A program made the translations under genes and the position numbers. Positions 1-9,507 of a DNA stretch of 52,089 nt are shown here, one piece after another. The notes below the pieces were generated by a model. It worked only from the letters and a program-made list of their open reading frames with translations, made no database searches and had not been told where the DNA came from. Source of the DNA: an archaeon (GTDB taxonomy: Archaea > Nanobdellota > Nanobdellia > Pacearchaeales > GW2011-AR1); contig JAZDPV010000001.1 in the NCBI GenBank assembly GCA_043797265.1, positions 1 to 52,089 of the forward strand, written 5' to 3'. Positions within the stretch are counted from its first letter, which is position 1. Every line of letters starts with the position of its first letter.

Positions 1-89
1 TCTTTTTTCCCAAACAAAATCTCAACTATTCTTCCAGTATTGACACCAGCCAATTCCTCGACGAGATCATGCAGAAGTTTAACTTGCAT
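1..89 (-). CDS. tfe: Partial gene (5' end), probable transcription factor E (TFE/TFIIE-alpha)
   Basis: Manual translation from ATG at 89: MQVKLLHDLVEELAGVNTGRIVEILFGKK..., resembling the N-terminal winged helix of archaeal TFE; runs off the window edge. Confidence 0.55.
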   Translation of the reverse strand, partial: MQVKLLHDLVEELAGVNTGRIVEILFGKK

Positions 90-190
90 CCATCGTGAAA
101 ATAATTCTCTTTTAAATACCTTTCCACCAAATTTGTTGTAATTATTAAATTACTATAAACCTATAAAAAAGAAATTCACCAAACCATACC

Positions 191-787
191 ATGGGATTTT
201 TCAGCAAAGAAAAAAATGAACCAGAAATACCAACGGCGCCAACATTGCCAGAACTGCCAAAATCACAAGTCAGCGAAAAAAAAATGTTGCCAGAACTTCC
301 GTCATTCCCATTAAATTCTAAAAACAAAAACCCAAATCAAGAAATAATCAAACCAGCGACGGCAAATAATATTTCTCCTAAGGGGAAAAGAGAGGATATG
401 AATATTCAAAACGATATTCATATATTAGAAGAGCCAGAAGGGGAATCTCTGATTCCTCCAAGGCCCTTTGAGAATCCTTCAATCCCGGAATTCCCGATGC
501 AATTATCAGTCGCTGACCTCCCAAGAAGAACACTGGAAATAAATCCGATAGAAGAAAAAATCACAAGAGAAGTCGAACCAATCTTTGTCCGAATCGACAA
601 ATTCCAGTCGGCCCAAAAAAATTTCGAACAAATCAAAATCAAAATCAAAGAAATAGAATCAATCATCGGAAAAATAAAAGACACAAAATCAAAAGAAGAA
701 ATCGAATTAAAAGGCTGGGCCGAAGACATCGAAAGAATCAAATCAAGATTGTCCGAAATAGATTCAAGCATTTTCGACCAAATCTAA
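191..787 (+). CDS. Hypothetical protein, Pro-rich N-terminus and C-terminal coiled coil
   Basis: 198-aa ORF; PIFVRIDKF followed by heptad pattern; stop overlaps next start (TAATG). Confidence 0.8.
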   Translation: MGFFSKEKNEPEIPTAPTLPELPKSQVSEKKMLPELPSFPLNSKNKNPNQEIIKPATANNISPKGKREDMNIQNDIHILEEPEGESLIPPRPFENPSIPEFPMQLSVADLPRRTLEINPIEEKITREVEPIFVRIDKFQSAQKNFEQIKIKIKEIESIIGKIKDTKSKEEIELKGWAEDIERIKSRLSEIDSSIFDQI

Positions 788-1140
788 TGGTACTAAAAGA
801 AGAACTTTTCATTTCAATATCCCCAATCACTTATCGGGAAAACAAATCCAACATTCTAAAAAGTCAAGCCGACATTCTCCAATCCCTCAAACGACTTCAT
901 AATCTGAACATCCTCGCACGCCAAAAACATGACCTGAAAAAAAGACTACACAAACTCACGTCGTCGGTAATATCCGAAATAGATTCAATCCAAGATAAAA
1001 TACCAACTCCGGGCATCCCAAAAACAATCCAAAGACACGAAATAAAAAAAATAGAATCAAAAGAATCACTTTCAAAATACAACGACATCGAGGACGAACT
1101 CAGATTAATCCAAGAGAAACTAAGAAATCTAAATTCTTAA
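787..1140 (+). CDS. Hypothetical coiled-coil protein
   Basis: 117-aa ORF translationally coupled to upstream gene. Confidence 0.75.
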   Translation: MVLKEELFISISPITYRENKSNILKSQADILQSLKRLHNLNILARQKHDLKKRLHKLTSSVISEIDSIQDKIPTPGIPKTIQRHEIKKIESKESLSKYNDIEDELRLIQEKLRNLNS

Positions 1141-1164
1141 AAACTCCAATTCTCTAATCATCTC

Positions 1165-2853
1165 ATGAACCGAAAACAACTAATCAAAAAATACATCGAC
1201 TTCTTCAAGTCAAAAGACCACAAGGAAATCCAGAACGCATCCCTAATCCCTGAAAACGACCCGACAGTTCTTTTCACAACAGCAGGAATGCACCCGCTCG
1301 TCCCATTTCTACTCGGACAAAAACATCCGCAAGGAAAAAAATTAGTCAATGTCCAACGATGCATCAGAACCGGCGACATCGACCAAGTCGGCGACACAAC
1401 TCACCACACATTTTTCGAAATGCTCGGCAACTGGTCACTCGGCGACTACTTCAAAAAAGAAGCAATCGAAATGTCTTTCGAATTTCTGACAAAAGAACTC
1501 AAAATACCGTCGGGAAAAATTTCAGCAACATGCTTCGCGGGAGATAACGATGCACCAAAAGACACCGAGTCGGAAAAAATTTGGAAATCATTAGGAATAA
1601 ACAAAATAAAATTTTTAAGCAAGAAAGATAATTGGTGGGGACCGGCAGGAAAAATTGGTCCGTGCGGGCCTGACACAGAAATATTTGTCAACAGCGTCGA
1701 AATCTGGAACGACGTCCTGATGCAATATTACAAAAACGAAAACGGAAACTACATCGAAGCAAAACAAAAAAACATCGACACTGGGATGGGCGTCGAACGA
1801 ACAATCGCAATCCTAAACAACCTCGACGACAACTACCTCATCGACTGCTGGAAACCAATCATCGAAAAAATAGAAAGATTATCCAAAGAAAAATACGCCG
1901 AAGACGAAGAAAAAACTCGCATAATGCGAATCATCGCCGACCACATCAAGGCCGCAGTTTTCATAATCAACGACGGCGTAATCCCATCCAACACCGAACA
2001 GGGCTACGTCCTCAGAAGATTAATCCGACGAGCAATAAGATACGGAAGACTTCTCGGCATAGAAAAATTCACAACAAAAGTCGCCGAACCAATTTTTTAC
2101 ATCTACGACGACTACAAATTAAACCAACAAAAAATTTTGCTCGAACTCGAAAAAGAGGAAGGAAACTTCCTAAGAACTCTTGAACAAGGAATTAGCATTT
2201 TTGAAAAATTCGCCAACAACTGCAAAAACATCGACGGCAAAACGGCATTCTTACTATTTCAATCCTATGGTTTTCCGCTGGAGACAACAATCGAGCTCGC
2301 AAAAGAAAAAGGAATCAGTGTCGACGAAAAAGCCTTCAATCAAGAACTCAAAAAACACCAAACACTTTCAAGAACTGCAACACAAGGTAAATTCAAATCC
2401 GGTCTAGCAGACAACTCAGAACAAACAACAAAACTTCACACAGCCTGCCACCTCCTAAACCAAGCATTAAGAGAAGTATTAAATAATAAAAACATTTTCC
2501 AAAAAGGCTCAAACATAACGCCCGAAAGATTAAGATTTGATTTTAACTTCGACAGAAAATTAACCGACGACGAAATAAAAAAAATAGAAAACTTGGTCAA
2601 TAAAAAAATCCAGGAAACAATTCCAGTAGGATTAGAAGAACTTTCATTAACCGAAGCAAAACAAAAAGGTGCACAAGGCATCTTCGAATCAAAATACGGC
2701 GACAAAGTAAAAGTCTACTCAATCGGAAACTTCTCAAAAGAAATCTGCGCCGGCCCTCACGTCGACAACACATCCGAACTCGGGCACTTTAAAATCACAA
2801 AAGAAGAATCATCAAGCCAAGGCGTCAGAAGAATCAGGGCAATCTTGGAATAA
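1165..2853 (+). CDS. alaS: Alanyl-tRNA synthetase, short form lacking C-Ala domain
   Basis: DPTVLFTTAGM, QRCIRTGD, HHTFFEMLGNWS, IDTGMGVER, GYVLRRLIRRA; editing motifs HTACH and CAGPH; ends at GVRRIRA. Confidence 0.97.
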   Translation: MNRKQLIKKYIDFFKSKDHKEIQNASLIPENDPTVLFTTAGMHPLVPFLLGQKHPQGKKLVNVQRCIRTGDIDQVGDTTHHTFFEMLGNWSLGDYFKKEAIEMSFEFLTKELKIPSGKISATCFAGDNDAPKDTESEKIWKSLGINKIKFLSKKDNWWGPAGKIGPCGPDTEIFVNSVEIWNDVLMQYYKNENGNYIEAKQKNIDTGMGVERTIAILNNLDDNYLIDCWKPIIEKIERLSKEKYAEDEEKTRIMRIIADHIKAAVFIINDGVIPSNTEQGYVLRRLIRRAIRYGRLLGIEKFTTKVAEPIFYIYDDYKLNQQKILLELEKEEGNFLRTLEQGISIFEKFANNCKNIDGKTAFLLFQSYGFPLETTIELAKEKGISVDEKAFNQELKKHQTLSRTATQGKFKSGLADNSEQTTKLHTACHLLNQALREVLNNKNIFQKGSNITPERLRFDFNFDRKLTDDEIKKIENLVNKKIQETIPVGLEELSLTEAKQKGAQGIFESKYGDKVKVYSIGNFSKEICAGPHVDNTSELGHFKITKEESSSQGVRRIRAILE

Positions 2854-3035
2854 TGTTAGAAGAAATAGACGATGAATATGAAGAGCCAAAAAGCAAAAAC
2901 GAAGAAGGAATAATTATTTGTAACAAAATGTGGGAGATATACACAGTGGCGGGAATGTGGTTATACTCAGACGACGAATGTAAAATTTGTGACGGTTTTA
3001 ATAAATTATGTAAACACTACGACCCAATTGACTAA
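2853..3035 (+). CDS. Small Cys-containing hypothetical protein
   Basis: 60-aa ORF coupled to alaS stop; CKIC and CKH. Confidence 0.5.
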   Translation: MLEEIDDEYEEPKSKNEEGIIICNKMWEIYTVAGMWLYSDDECKICDGFNKLCKHYDPID

Positions 3036-3103
3036 TAGAAAATTAATAATACCAAAAAAATCCGTGTCCATTCGCGTAATTCGTGAGCAAATCAACTCGT
3101 GAG

Positions 3104-3481
3104 CTACCTCTTCTTCCCAATCTTCTCCAAAATTTCATCAATCTTCTTCTCAGCCCGTCGATTAACTTCATAATCATATTCCATCTTCATCCTGTCCTTT
3201 TGCGCCTGCCTATTCTGGCTCATTAAAATCACCGGCGCCTGAATCGCTGCCAGACACGACAAAATCAAATTCAAAAGTATAAACGGATAAAAATCAACCA
3301 AATCTCCTCGAAGATATTTCAAAACAAAAACACCATTCGTCATCACCCAGCCCCCGAGAAAAACAAAAAACAAAATAATAAAAGTCCAGCTTCCCGCCCA
3401 CCTCGTCAAGCCATCCGCCGCTCTCTGCCCAAGCGACCGGTTGCCATGAATAATCTTCACAATCACACCCTCTTTTTTCAT
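3104..3481 (-). CDS. DUF1003-family membrane protein
   Basis: GQRAAD, GSWTFI, YPFILLNLILSCLAAIQAPVILMSQNRQ; ATG at 3481 preferred over the longer ORF start. Confidence 0.9.
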   Translation of the reverse strand: MKKEGVIVKIIHGNRSLGQRAADGLTRWAGSWTFIILFFVFLGGWVMTNGVFVLKYLRGDLVDFYPFILLNLILSCLAAIQAPVILMSQNRQAQKDRMKMEYDYEVNRRAEKKIDEILEKIGKKR

Positions 3482-3513
3482 AATACACAAACACAAAACT
3501 ACTTTATATATTT

Positions 3514-6018
3514 TCACTCAACATAAATACTAACTTTCCCCGGCTTCGCCTTCTTCGCTCTCCCATCGGGGTCGTACTTCCCAGAATCATTAACCGCAAA
3601 AATCTTAACATCTTTCCCAACCGCTTCAGAAATTTTCCCGACGTCAACCTTCGCCAACTCAAACGGCATCACATAAATATAAACTTTTTTCTTATCCAAA
3701 AATTTCTCAACAATCTTCCGAACATCTTCAACGATTTTCTTATTCAAATCCGAAACAACTCCCTTTTTCAAAATCTTAGATTCATCAACTTTCGGCCATT
3801 CAGCAACGGAGATAAAATCCTTATTCCCTAATTTAAACCAAATCTCTTCGGCAACATGCGGACAAAACGGCGCCAACAATTTCAACGAGTTCTCCAAACT
3901 TTTCTTGCCAACATTTTTCTGCCGCGCCAACAAATCAAACAATTCTCTCAACTCAATCGTCGCCGGCCGATAATCAAAACTCTCAATATAATTCCCAACG
4001 TTCTTAATCGTCAAGTTCAACTTCGACAAAACCTCGTCGCTGTCATCGCCAATTTTCACATTACTAAACAAATCAACAATTTTTTTAACAAATCTTGACG
4101 CGCCATTAATCCCGTCCTCGCTCCAATTAAAACCCTTGTCCGGCGAAGCAACCGACAACAAAAAAAACCGAGTCGCGTCGACGCCATACTTCGCCATCGT
4201 CTCCAACGGTTCAACAATATTCCCCTTCGACTTACTCATCTTCTCACCTTTCTCGTCGTTAATCATCCCCTGATGAAACAACCTAACTGCCGGTTCGTCA
4301 AAATCAACCAGCCCCAAGTCCCTCAAAAACTTCACATAAAATCTCGAATAAATCAAATGCAAACACGCGTGCTCAGCCCCGCCGACATAAACATCAATCG
4401 GGCACCAACTCCCAACTTTCTTCACATCAAAAATTTTCTTGTCATTCCTTGAATCGCAAAACCTCATGAAATACCAACTCGAATTCACAAACGTATCCAT
4501 CGTATCACTTTCCCGTCGAGCCTTCCCCCCGCACTTCGGACACCCCACATTCAACCACTTCTCATTCGTCTCCAACGGATTACCCTTCCCAAACTTCACA
4601 TCCTTCGGCAACTCAACCGGCAAATCTTTCTCAGCAACAGCGACGACACCGCACTCCTCACAATACACAACCGGAATCGGCGTCCCCCAATACCTCTGCC
4701 TCGAAATCCCCCAATCTCTCAACCTAAAATTCACAACCCGCCTCGCCAGTTTCTTCTTCGCCAACCAATCACTAATTTTCTCCTTCGCCTCTTCACTCGG
4801 TATACCATCAAACTCGCCAGAATTAGCAAGTATACCATTTCCAGTATAAGCATCCTTTGAATCCTGTTTATCCTGCTCTTTGTTTTCGATAACCTGTTTT
4901 ACCTCAATATCATACTTTTTCGCAAACTCAAAATCTCTCGCATCATGCGCCGGCACCGCCATCACCATCCCCGCCCCATAATCAGCGACGACAAAATTCC
5001 CAATCCAAATCGGAACCCTCTCCCCATTCGCCGGATTAATCGCATAACTCCCACTAAAAACTCCCTCCTTCTCTAAATCCCCGACATCCTTCGCTGAAAC
5101 CGACCTCAACTTTTTCAAAAACTTGTCAACATCTTTTTTCTGCTCAGCCGTCACCAACTCATCCAACCGAGCATGCTGCGCCGACACAACCATAAACGTC
5201 ACCCCAAAAATCGTATCCGGTCTCGTCGTAAAAATCGACCAAACACTTTTCTTTTCTTTAAATCCGTGTTCATCCGTGTTCATCCGTGAGCTATTCTCTT
5301 CTCTGCGAGCAATCTCAAAATCAATTTCAACTCCGTGAGAACGCCCAATCCAATTTCTCTGCATCGCCTTTGTCTTATCCGGCCACCCACTCAACTTCTT
5401 CAGTCCTTCATATAACTCGTCGGCATAATTAGTTATTTTCAAAAACCATTGCTTCAAATGTCGAACTTCAACTTTACTCCCGCACAAACAACAAACTCCA
5501 CCCTGCACCTGCTCGTTCGCCAAAACCGTCGCGCACTTCGGGCACCAATTCACAGCCGAAACTTTCTGATACGCAAGTCCCTTCTCCAACATCTTCAAAA
5601 AAATCCACTGGTCCCACTTGTAATAATCAGCGTCGGCAGTATTAATCATCCTCGACCAATCATAACTCAACCCAAGCCCCTTCTGCTGTTTCATAAAATT
5701 CAAAATCGACTTGTCCGTATAATCCTTAGGATGCGTCCCGACTTTAATCGCCGCATTCTCCGCCGGCAACCCCAACGCGTCATACCCAACCGGATGCAAA
5801 ACATTAAACCCATTCATAATCTTGAACCTCGCGAAAACGTCCCCAATCACAAAATTAAAAGCATGCCCCATGTGCAACCCTTCCCCCGACGGATACGCAA
5901 ACATTTCCAAAACATAAAATTTCTTCTTCTTGGACCTCTCATCAACCTCAAAAATTCTCTCCCCCTCCCACCTCTCCTGCCACTTTTTCTCAATCGCCGC
6001 AAAATCAAATTCATTCAT
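3514..6018 (-). CDS. leuS: Leucyl-tRNA synthetase, bacterial-type architecture
   Basis: MFAYPSGEGLHMGH (HIGH), KMSKS, FTTRPDT, GMVMAVPAHD, DWGISRQRYWGTPIP; ATG at 6018 assumed. Confidence 0.97.
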   Translation of the reverse strand: MNEFDFAAIEKKWQERWEGERIFEVDERSKKKKFYVLEMFAYPSGEGLHMGHAFNFVIGDVFARFKIMNGFNVLHPVGYDALGLPAENAAIKVGTHPKDYTDKSILNFMKQQKGLGLSYDWSRMINTADADYYKWDQWIFLKMLEKGLAYQKVSAVNWCPKCATVLANEQVQGGVCCLCGSKVEVRHLKQWFLKITNYADELYEGLKKLSGWPDKTKAMQRNWIGRSHGVEIDFEIARREENSSRMNTDEHGFKEKKSVWSIFTTRPDTIFGVTFMVVSAQHARLDELVTAEQKKDVDKFLKKLRSVSAKDVGDLEKEGVFSGSYAINPANGERVPIWIGNFVVADYGAGMVMAVPAHDARDFEFAKKYDIEVKQVIENKEQDKQDSKDAYTGNGILANSGEFDGIPSEEAKEKISDWLAKKKLARRVVNFRLRDWGISRQRYWGTPIPVVYCEECGVVAVAEKDLPVELPKDVKFGKGNPLETNEKWLNVGCPKCGGKARRESDTMDTFVNSSWYFMRFCDSRNDKKIFDVKKVGSWCPIDVYVGGAEHACLHLIYSRFYVKFLRDLGLVDFDEPAVRLFHQGMINDEKGEKMSKSKGNIVEPLETMAKYGVDATRFFLLSVASPDKGFNWSEDGINGASRFVKKIVDLFSNVKIGDDSDEVLSKLNLTIKNVGNYIESFDYRPATIELRELFDLLARQKNVGKKSLENSLKLLAPFCPHVAEEIWFKLGNKDFISVAEWPKVDESKILKKGVVSDLNKKIVEDVRKIVEKFLDKKKVYIYVMPFELAKVDVGKISEAVGKDVKIFAVNDSGKYDPDGRAKKAKPGKVSIYVE

Positions 6019-6089
6019 ATTAAATCTTGTCAACCGAACTTTAAAACTTTACCGCTAAACTTTTAAATCAATCCAATCTCATAATCTAA

Positions 6090-6296
6090 GCTCCTGTAGT
6101 CTAGTGGCCAAGGACGCCGCCCTCTCAAGACTTGCCTAAAGCAAGAATGAATGACGGGTTTAACCCGACTTTCAAAGAGGTGGGAAGCCCTCGTCGATGA
6201 GACAACGACTTCAGTTCGCTTGAACAACCACTGAAATCTCTTTCGAGATTTTGTTGGAGAACGGCGGTGACCCGGGTTCAAATCCCGGCGGGAGCA
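6090..6296 (+). tRNA. tRNA-Glu(CTC) with 134-nt intron at 37/38 (intron 6128-6261)
   Basis: Exons align with intronless tRNA-Glu(TTC) at 39708; acceptor GCTCCTG/CGGGAGC, T arm CCGGG-TTCAAAT-CCCGG; bulge-helix-bulge CTCT:GGAG with bulges CAA and AAC. Confidence 0.93.
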
Positions 6297-6399
6297 TATA
6301 ACTTTTCTCTGAAATTTGAAGTCAAATCTCAAATGATTTACCTCCCAAAACAAATCAAATATATTTTTCAAAATCAAATCATAAGACAGATAAAATCAA

Positions 6400-7482
6400 C
6401 TATCTTCTAATCCCAACACCGACGACAATCAAGAACATAATCACAACAACAATCAACAGAACCCAAAAAATCCAAGAAATTCCCGACGACGAAACGACAT
6501 CTTCTCCGCCAAGTTTCACAGCCCCCGAAGAATCAACCAAAATAGAATTGCTAATTATCCCCCCACTCTTAACAGAATAATCTACAACTTTCTGAGTCGT
6601 CTTCGAACTACCCGATTTTAAAATTACATAATGATTATCATCTTCATCTTCATCTTCCTCGTCCTTCAATGTTCTCGCGCTATCAGAAACCCCATCGTGA
6701 TTAATATTATAAGAATCATCCATCGTCAAAATCTTCAAGGTATAACTCGTATCTTCCCCTAACCCCGTCGCATTATAAAACTCGTCGCTGACATTCGCAA
6801 CATTCACCCCGTCCAAATAAATCAAGTTCAAATAAAAATCATCATCAGCCGGGTTGCTCCAATTCCACAAAATCCAACTTTCACCGACGGCAACATCTCC
6901 CAAATTACTAACCTTCCCCGGCGCGGCATCATCACCACAAACATAACCAATAATCCCCTCGTATCTCCAGCTCGCCCACTCCAGCGTCCTCAATTCATTC
7001 TTCTCGTCCTCATCCGTCGTATAAATATGATTACTATTCGGAACATTCCAAAACCTATAAACAGGCAGACTATTCACCCGCTCTTCCTCATAAATATAAA
7101 ACACAACGCCCTCATAAATCCAATCCGCCCCCCACATCTTCTCAAAATTTTCCCTTTCATTTCCTTCATCTGTAACATAAAAATGATCACCAAGTCTCGC
7201 GCTCCAAAATCTATAAACCGGAATCGTCCCCTCGCCCTCCTCCGCAAAAGCACCCCCAATAATCCCCTCATAAACAAACGCAGGATACTTCTCAATATTT
7301 TCCTTTTCTGCCTCGCTTATCGTATAAAAACGACCCCCAGTTTCAGAATTCAAAAATCTATAAATCGGAACCGAATCAGCGCACTCACTCTCGTCGACGC
7401 AACTCTCACATCCGCTAACAAAAACGAGACAAACTAAAAACATCATCGCCAACCCAAGCCCAAACATTTTTTTTATTACCAT
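6400..7482 (-). CDS. Cell-surface protein: signal peptide, DUF5648-like repeats, FN3-like domain, C-terminal TM anchor
   Basis: Three P(I/V)YRF...(F/I)Y(T/V)...YEG repeats; WNWSNP...YNATGL..DTSY FN3 pattern; hydrophobic termini. Confidence 0.8.
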   Translation of the reverse strand: MVIKKMFGLGLAMMFLVCLVFVSGCESCVDESECADSVPIYRFLNSETGGRFYTISEAEKENIEKYPAFVYEGIIGGAFAEEGEGTIPVYRFWSARLGDHFYVTDEGNERENFEKMWGADWIYEGVVFYIYEEERVNSLPVYRFWNVPNSNHIYTTDEDEKNELRTLEWASWRYEGIIGYVCGDDAAPGKVSNLGDVAVGESWILWNWSNPADDDFYLNLIYLDGVNVANVSDEFYNATGLGEDTSYTLKILTMDDSYNINHDGVSDSARTLKDEEDEDEDDNHYVILKSGSSKTTQKVVDYSVKSGGIISNSILVDSSGAVKLGGEDVVSSSGISWIFWVLLIVVVIMFLIVVGVGIRR

Positions 7483-7569
7483 TTTCCAAACATAACAAAA
7501 TCCCGAGCAAACATCCCTTATAAAAGATTATGGTAGTCAAATGTATACATTACAAAATAGTAAATTACA

Positions 7570-9444
7570 TCACATCCTCATCCTTAGTATCTCCCCATTA
7601 ACAAAATAACTCGGCTTCTTCCCCGAATAAGTCAAACACAAAAATCTCTTCGCCCTCGAAATCGCAACATAAAACAACCGACGCTCTTCCTCCTCCCTGT
7701 CGTACTCATCCCTCTTTATCATCTCAATCGCCGGATGGTCAGACGCCTTGCACGGAAAATTCGATTCATTAACTCCAATCAAAAAAACTTTCTTCGCCTC
7801 AAGCCCCTTAATCGCGTGCACCGTCGCAAGCATCACCCCGCCACCTACCTCCTTATCCTTACTGCTTATCGAGTCGTCTTCTCTCACAAAATGAGAAACC
7901 CCGCGCGACTTCATCAACGCCGACAACTCCACCAACTGCCGATTCGTCCTCGCCAAAACAAAAATATCCTCGGGCAAAACATCTCCTTTCAAAATCTCGC
8001 CCAAAACAAATTCCCGCTCCACCGCCTCGCTTTCAAAACCCAAAATCCTAATTCTATCCCTATCGTCTATTTTCAATTTTCTATTTTCTCTTCCCGACTG
8101 CAAGTCGGGAAGTTCCATTTCGGAAATCGCCTTATTCATAAAATCAACAATTTCCCAACTACTCCGATAATTTTTTGTCAAATGCACAACCTCGACATTC
8201 CTCCCATTTTTATCAAAACATAAAATATAATTTATATTCGAACCCCTCCACCCAAAAATCGACTGCCTCGGGTCACCGACGACAAACAAATTCGACGGCG
8301 CCAACAAATCCAGCAACTCAATCTGCATCGCGTTCACATCCTGATACTCGTCAACCAAAACATGTTCAAATTTCGGAATAGCGTCGGTATTCTTTTTCAA
8401 AAATCCAATCGCATCAATCATCTGGTCGCTATAATCTCTCAGCCCCTGCATCTCCATGTGCCCTTTCAAATACTTAGTAATATCCCTAATTCTCTCCGCG
8501 TTCTTCCGATGTTTCTCGTCAACGCCCTTGCTAAAATCATACTCCTTAATACCGGTCGCCTTGAAATAATCCATCACTGAAAAACAATCACTCACAAAAC
8601 TGCCGGCCATCTGTCTCCCTGTCATAAATTTTTTCTGCCCGACACTAAAATACCCATCCAAAACATCGCCCATATCCAGCCCCATCGACGCCAAAGCCAT
8701 ATTCATCCCAAGAATTTTATCCCCATAACTTTGCATTCGAATCGGCCGCCCGTAAATTCTCGCCTCATACTTTCTCAAAATCCTCTCGCAAAAAGAATTA
8801 AAAGTATGAACAGCGACGCCATTAACCCCTAAGCCATAAAGTCGTCTCTCCATTTCCTGTTTCGCCTTTCTCGTAAAAGTTATCGCCAAAATTTTCCCCG
8901 GCGCGACCCCGCGATATTTCACCAAAAATTCAATCCTCTTCGTCAAAACCATCGTCTTCCCCGTCCCCGCCCCGGCAACGCAAAGCACATTCGCCGCCTC
9001 GGAAATTATCGCCTTCTTCTGCTCATCATTAAACCTCTTCAAAAAACTATCAAGCTCGCGAAACTTAATCCTGTCCTCGTCGGTGATTTCAGTCTTCCCA
9101 AAATTAAATTTATTCACAACTTTTTTCCCATTCAAACTCGGACTAAAAATTTCAGCCCGCCCCTTCGTCGTCAAAGACAAAACTTTCACAAATTTATTAT
9201 AATCACTAACCACAAACTCAACCATCCCATTCACAATCAACCGCTCAATTTCCCGAAAAATTTTATCCCGCTCCCAATCCAACTCCCCAAAACTCTCCAA
9301 CTCATCCAGCCGATTTTTAACAACAGATTTATTTTTCAAATTCCCATTCAAAATATCAACCAACAAATTTTTCCCGACGGCAAACGGCAATTCCGCCAAT
9401 GCCTTCAAAATACAGACATAACCCAAAGAATTTTCCATAAACAA
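7570..9444 (-). CDS. UvrD/Rep-family SF1 helicase with N-terminal RQC-like winged helix
   Basis: AGAGTGKT, ITFTRKA, VDEYQD, VGDPRQSIFGWRG, NYRS, TVHAIKGLE, EERRLFYVAISRA. Confidence 0.92.
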   Translation of the reverse strand: MFMENSLGYVCILKALAELPFAVGKNLLVDILNGNLKNKSVVKNRLDELESFGELDWERDKIFREIERLIVNGMVEFVVSDYNKFVKVLSLTTKGRAEIFSPSLNGKKVVNKFNFGKTEITDEDRIKFRELDSFLKRFNDEQKKAIISEAANVLCVAGAGTGKTMVLTKRIEFLVKYRGVAPGKILAITFTRKAKQEMERRLYGLGVNGVAVHTFNSFCERILRKYEARIYGRPIRMQSYGDKILGMNMALASMGLDMGDVLDGYFSVGQKKFMTGRQMAGSFVSDCFSVMDYFKATGIKEYDFSKGVDEKHRKNAERIRDITKYLKGHMEMQGLRDYSDQMIDAIGFLKKNTDAIPKFEHVLVDEYQDVNAMQIELLDLLAPSNLFVVGDPRQSIFGWRGSNINYILCFDKNGRNVEVVHLTKNYRSSWEIVDFMNKAISEMELPDLQSGRENRKLKIDDRDRIRILGFESEAVEREFVLGEILKGDVLPEDIFVLARTNRQLVELSALMKSRGVSHFVREDDSISSKDKEVGGGVMLATVHAIKGLEAKKVFLIGVNESNFPCKASDHPAIEMIKRDEYDREEEERRLFYVAISRAKRFLCLTYSGKKPSYFVNGEILRMRM

Positions 9445-9507
9445 ATATCAGCAACAACTTTTTAAATTTTTACAAACTCCAAATTCAAACTCGGCGACAA
9501 AGTCACC

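Noticed and set aside
6090-6296. Alternative splicing as a group I intron after U35 ending at G6259 would give anticodon CUA (amber suppressor)
   Set aside because: A canonical BHB defines 37/38 junctions giving CUC; the body matches tRNA-Glu(TTC); no group I core is recognisable in 134 nt; TAG is used as a normal stop in the window
6063-6377. ORFs overlapping tRNA genes (also 31262-31566 and 38751-38954)
   Set aside because: They coincide with tRNA sequences and have no protein features
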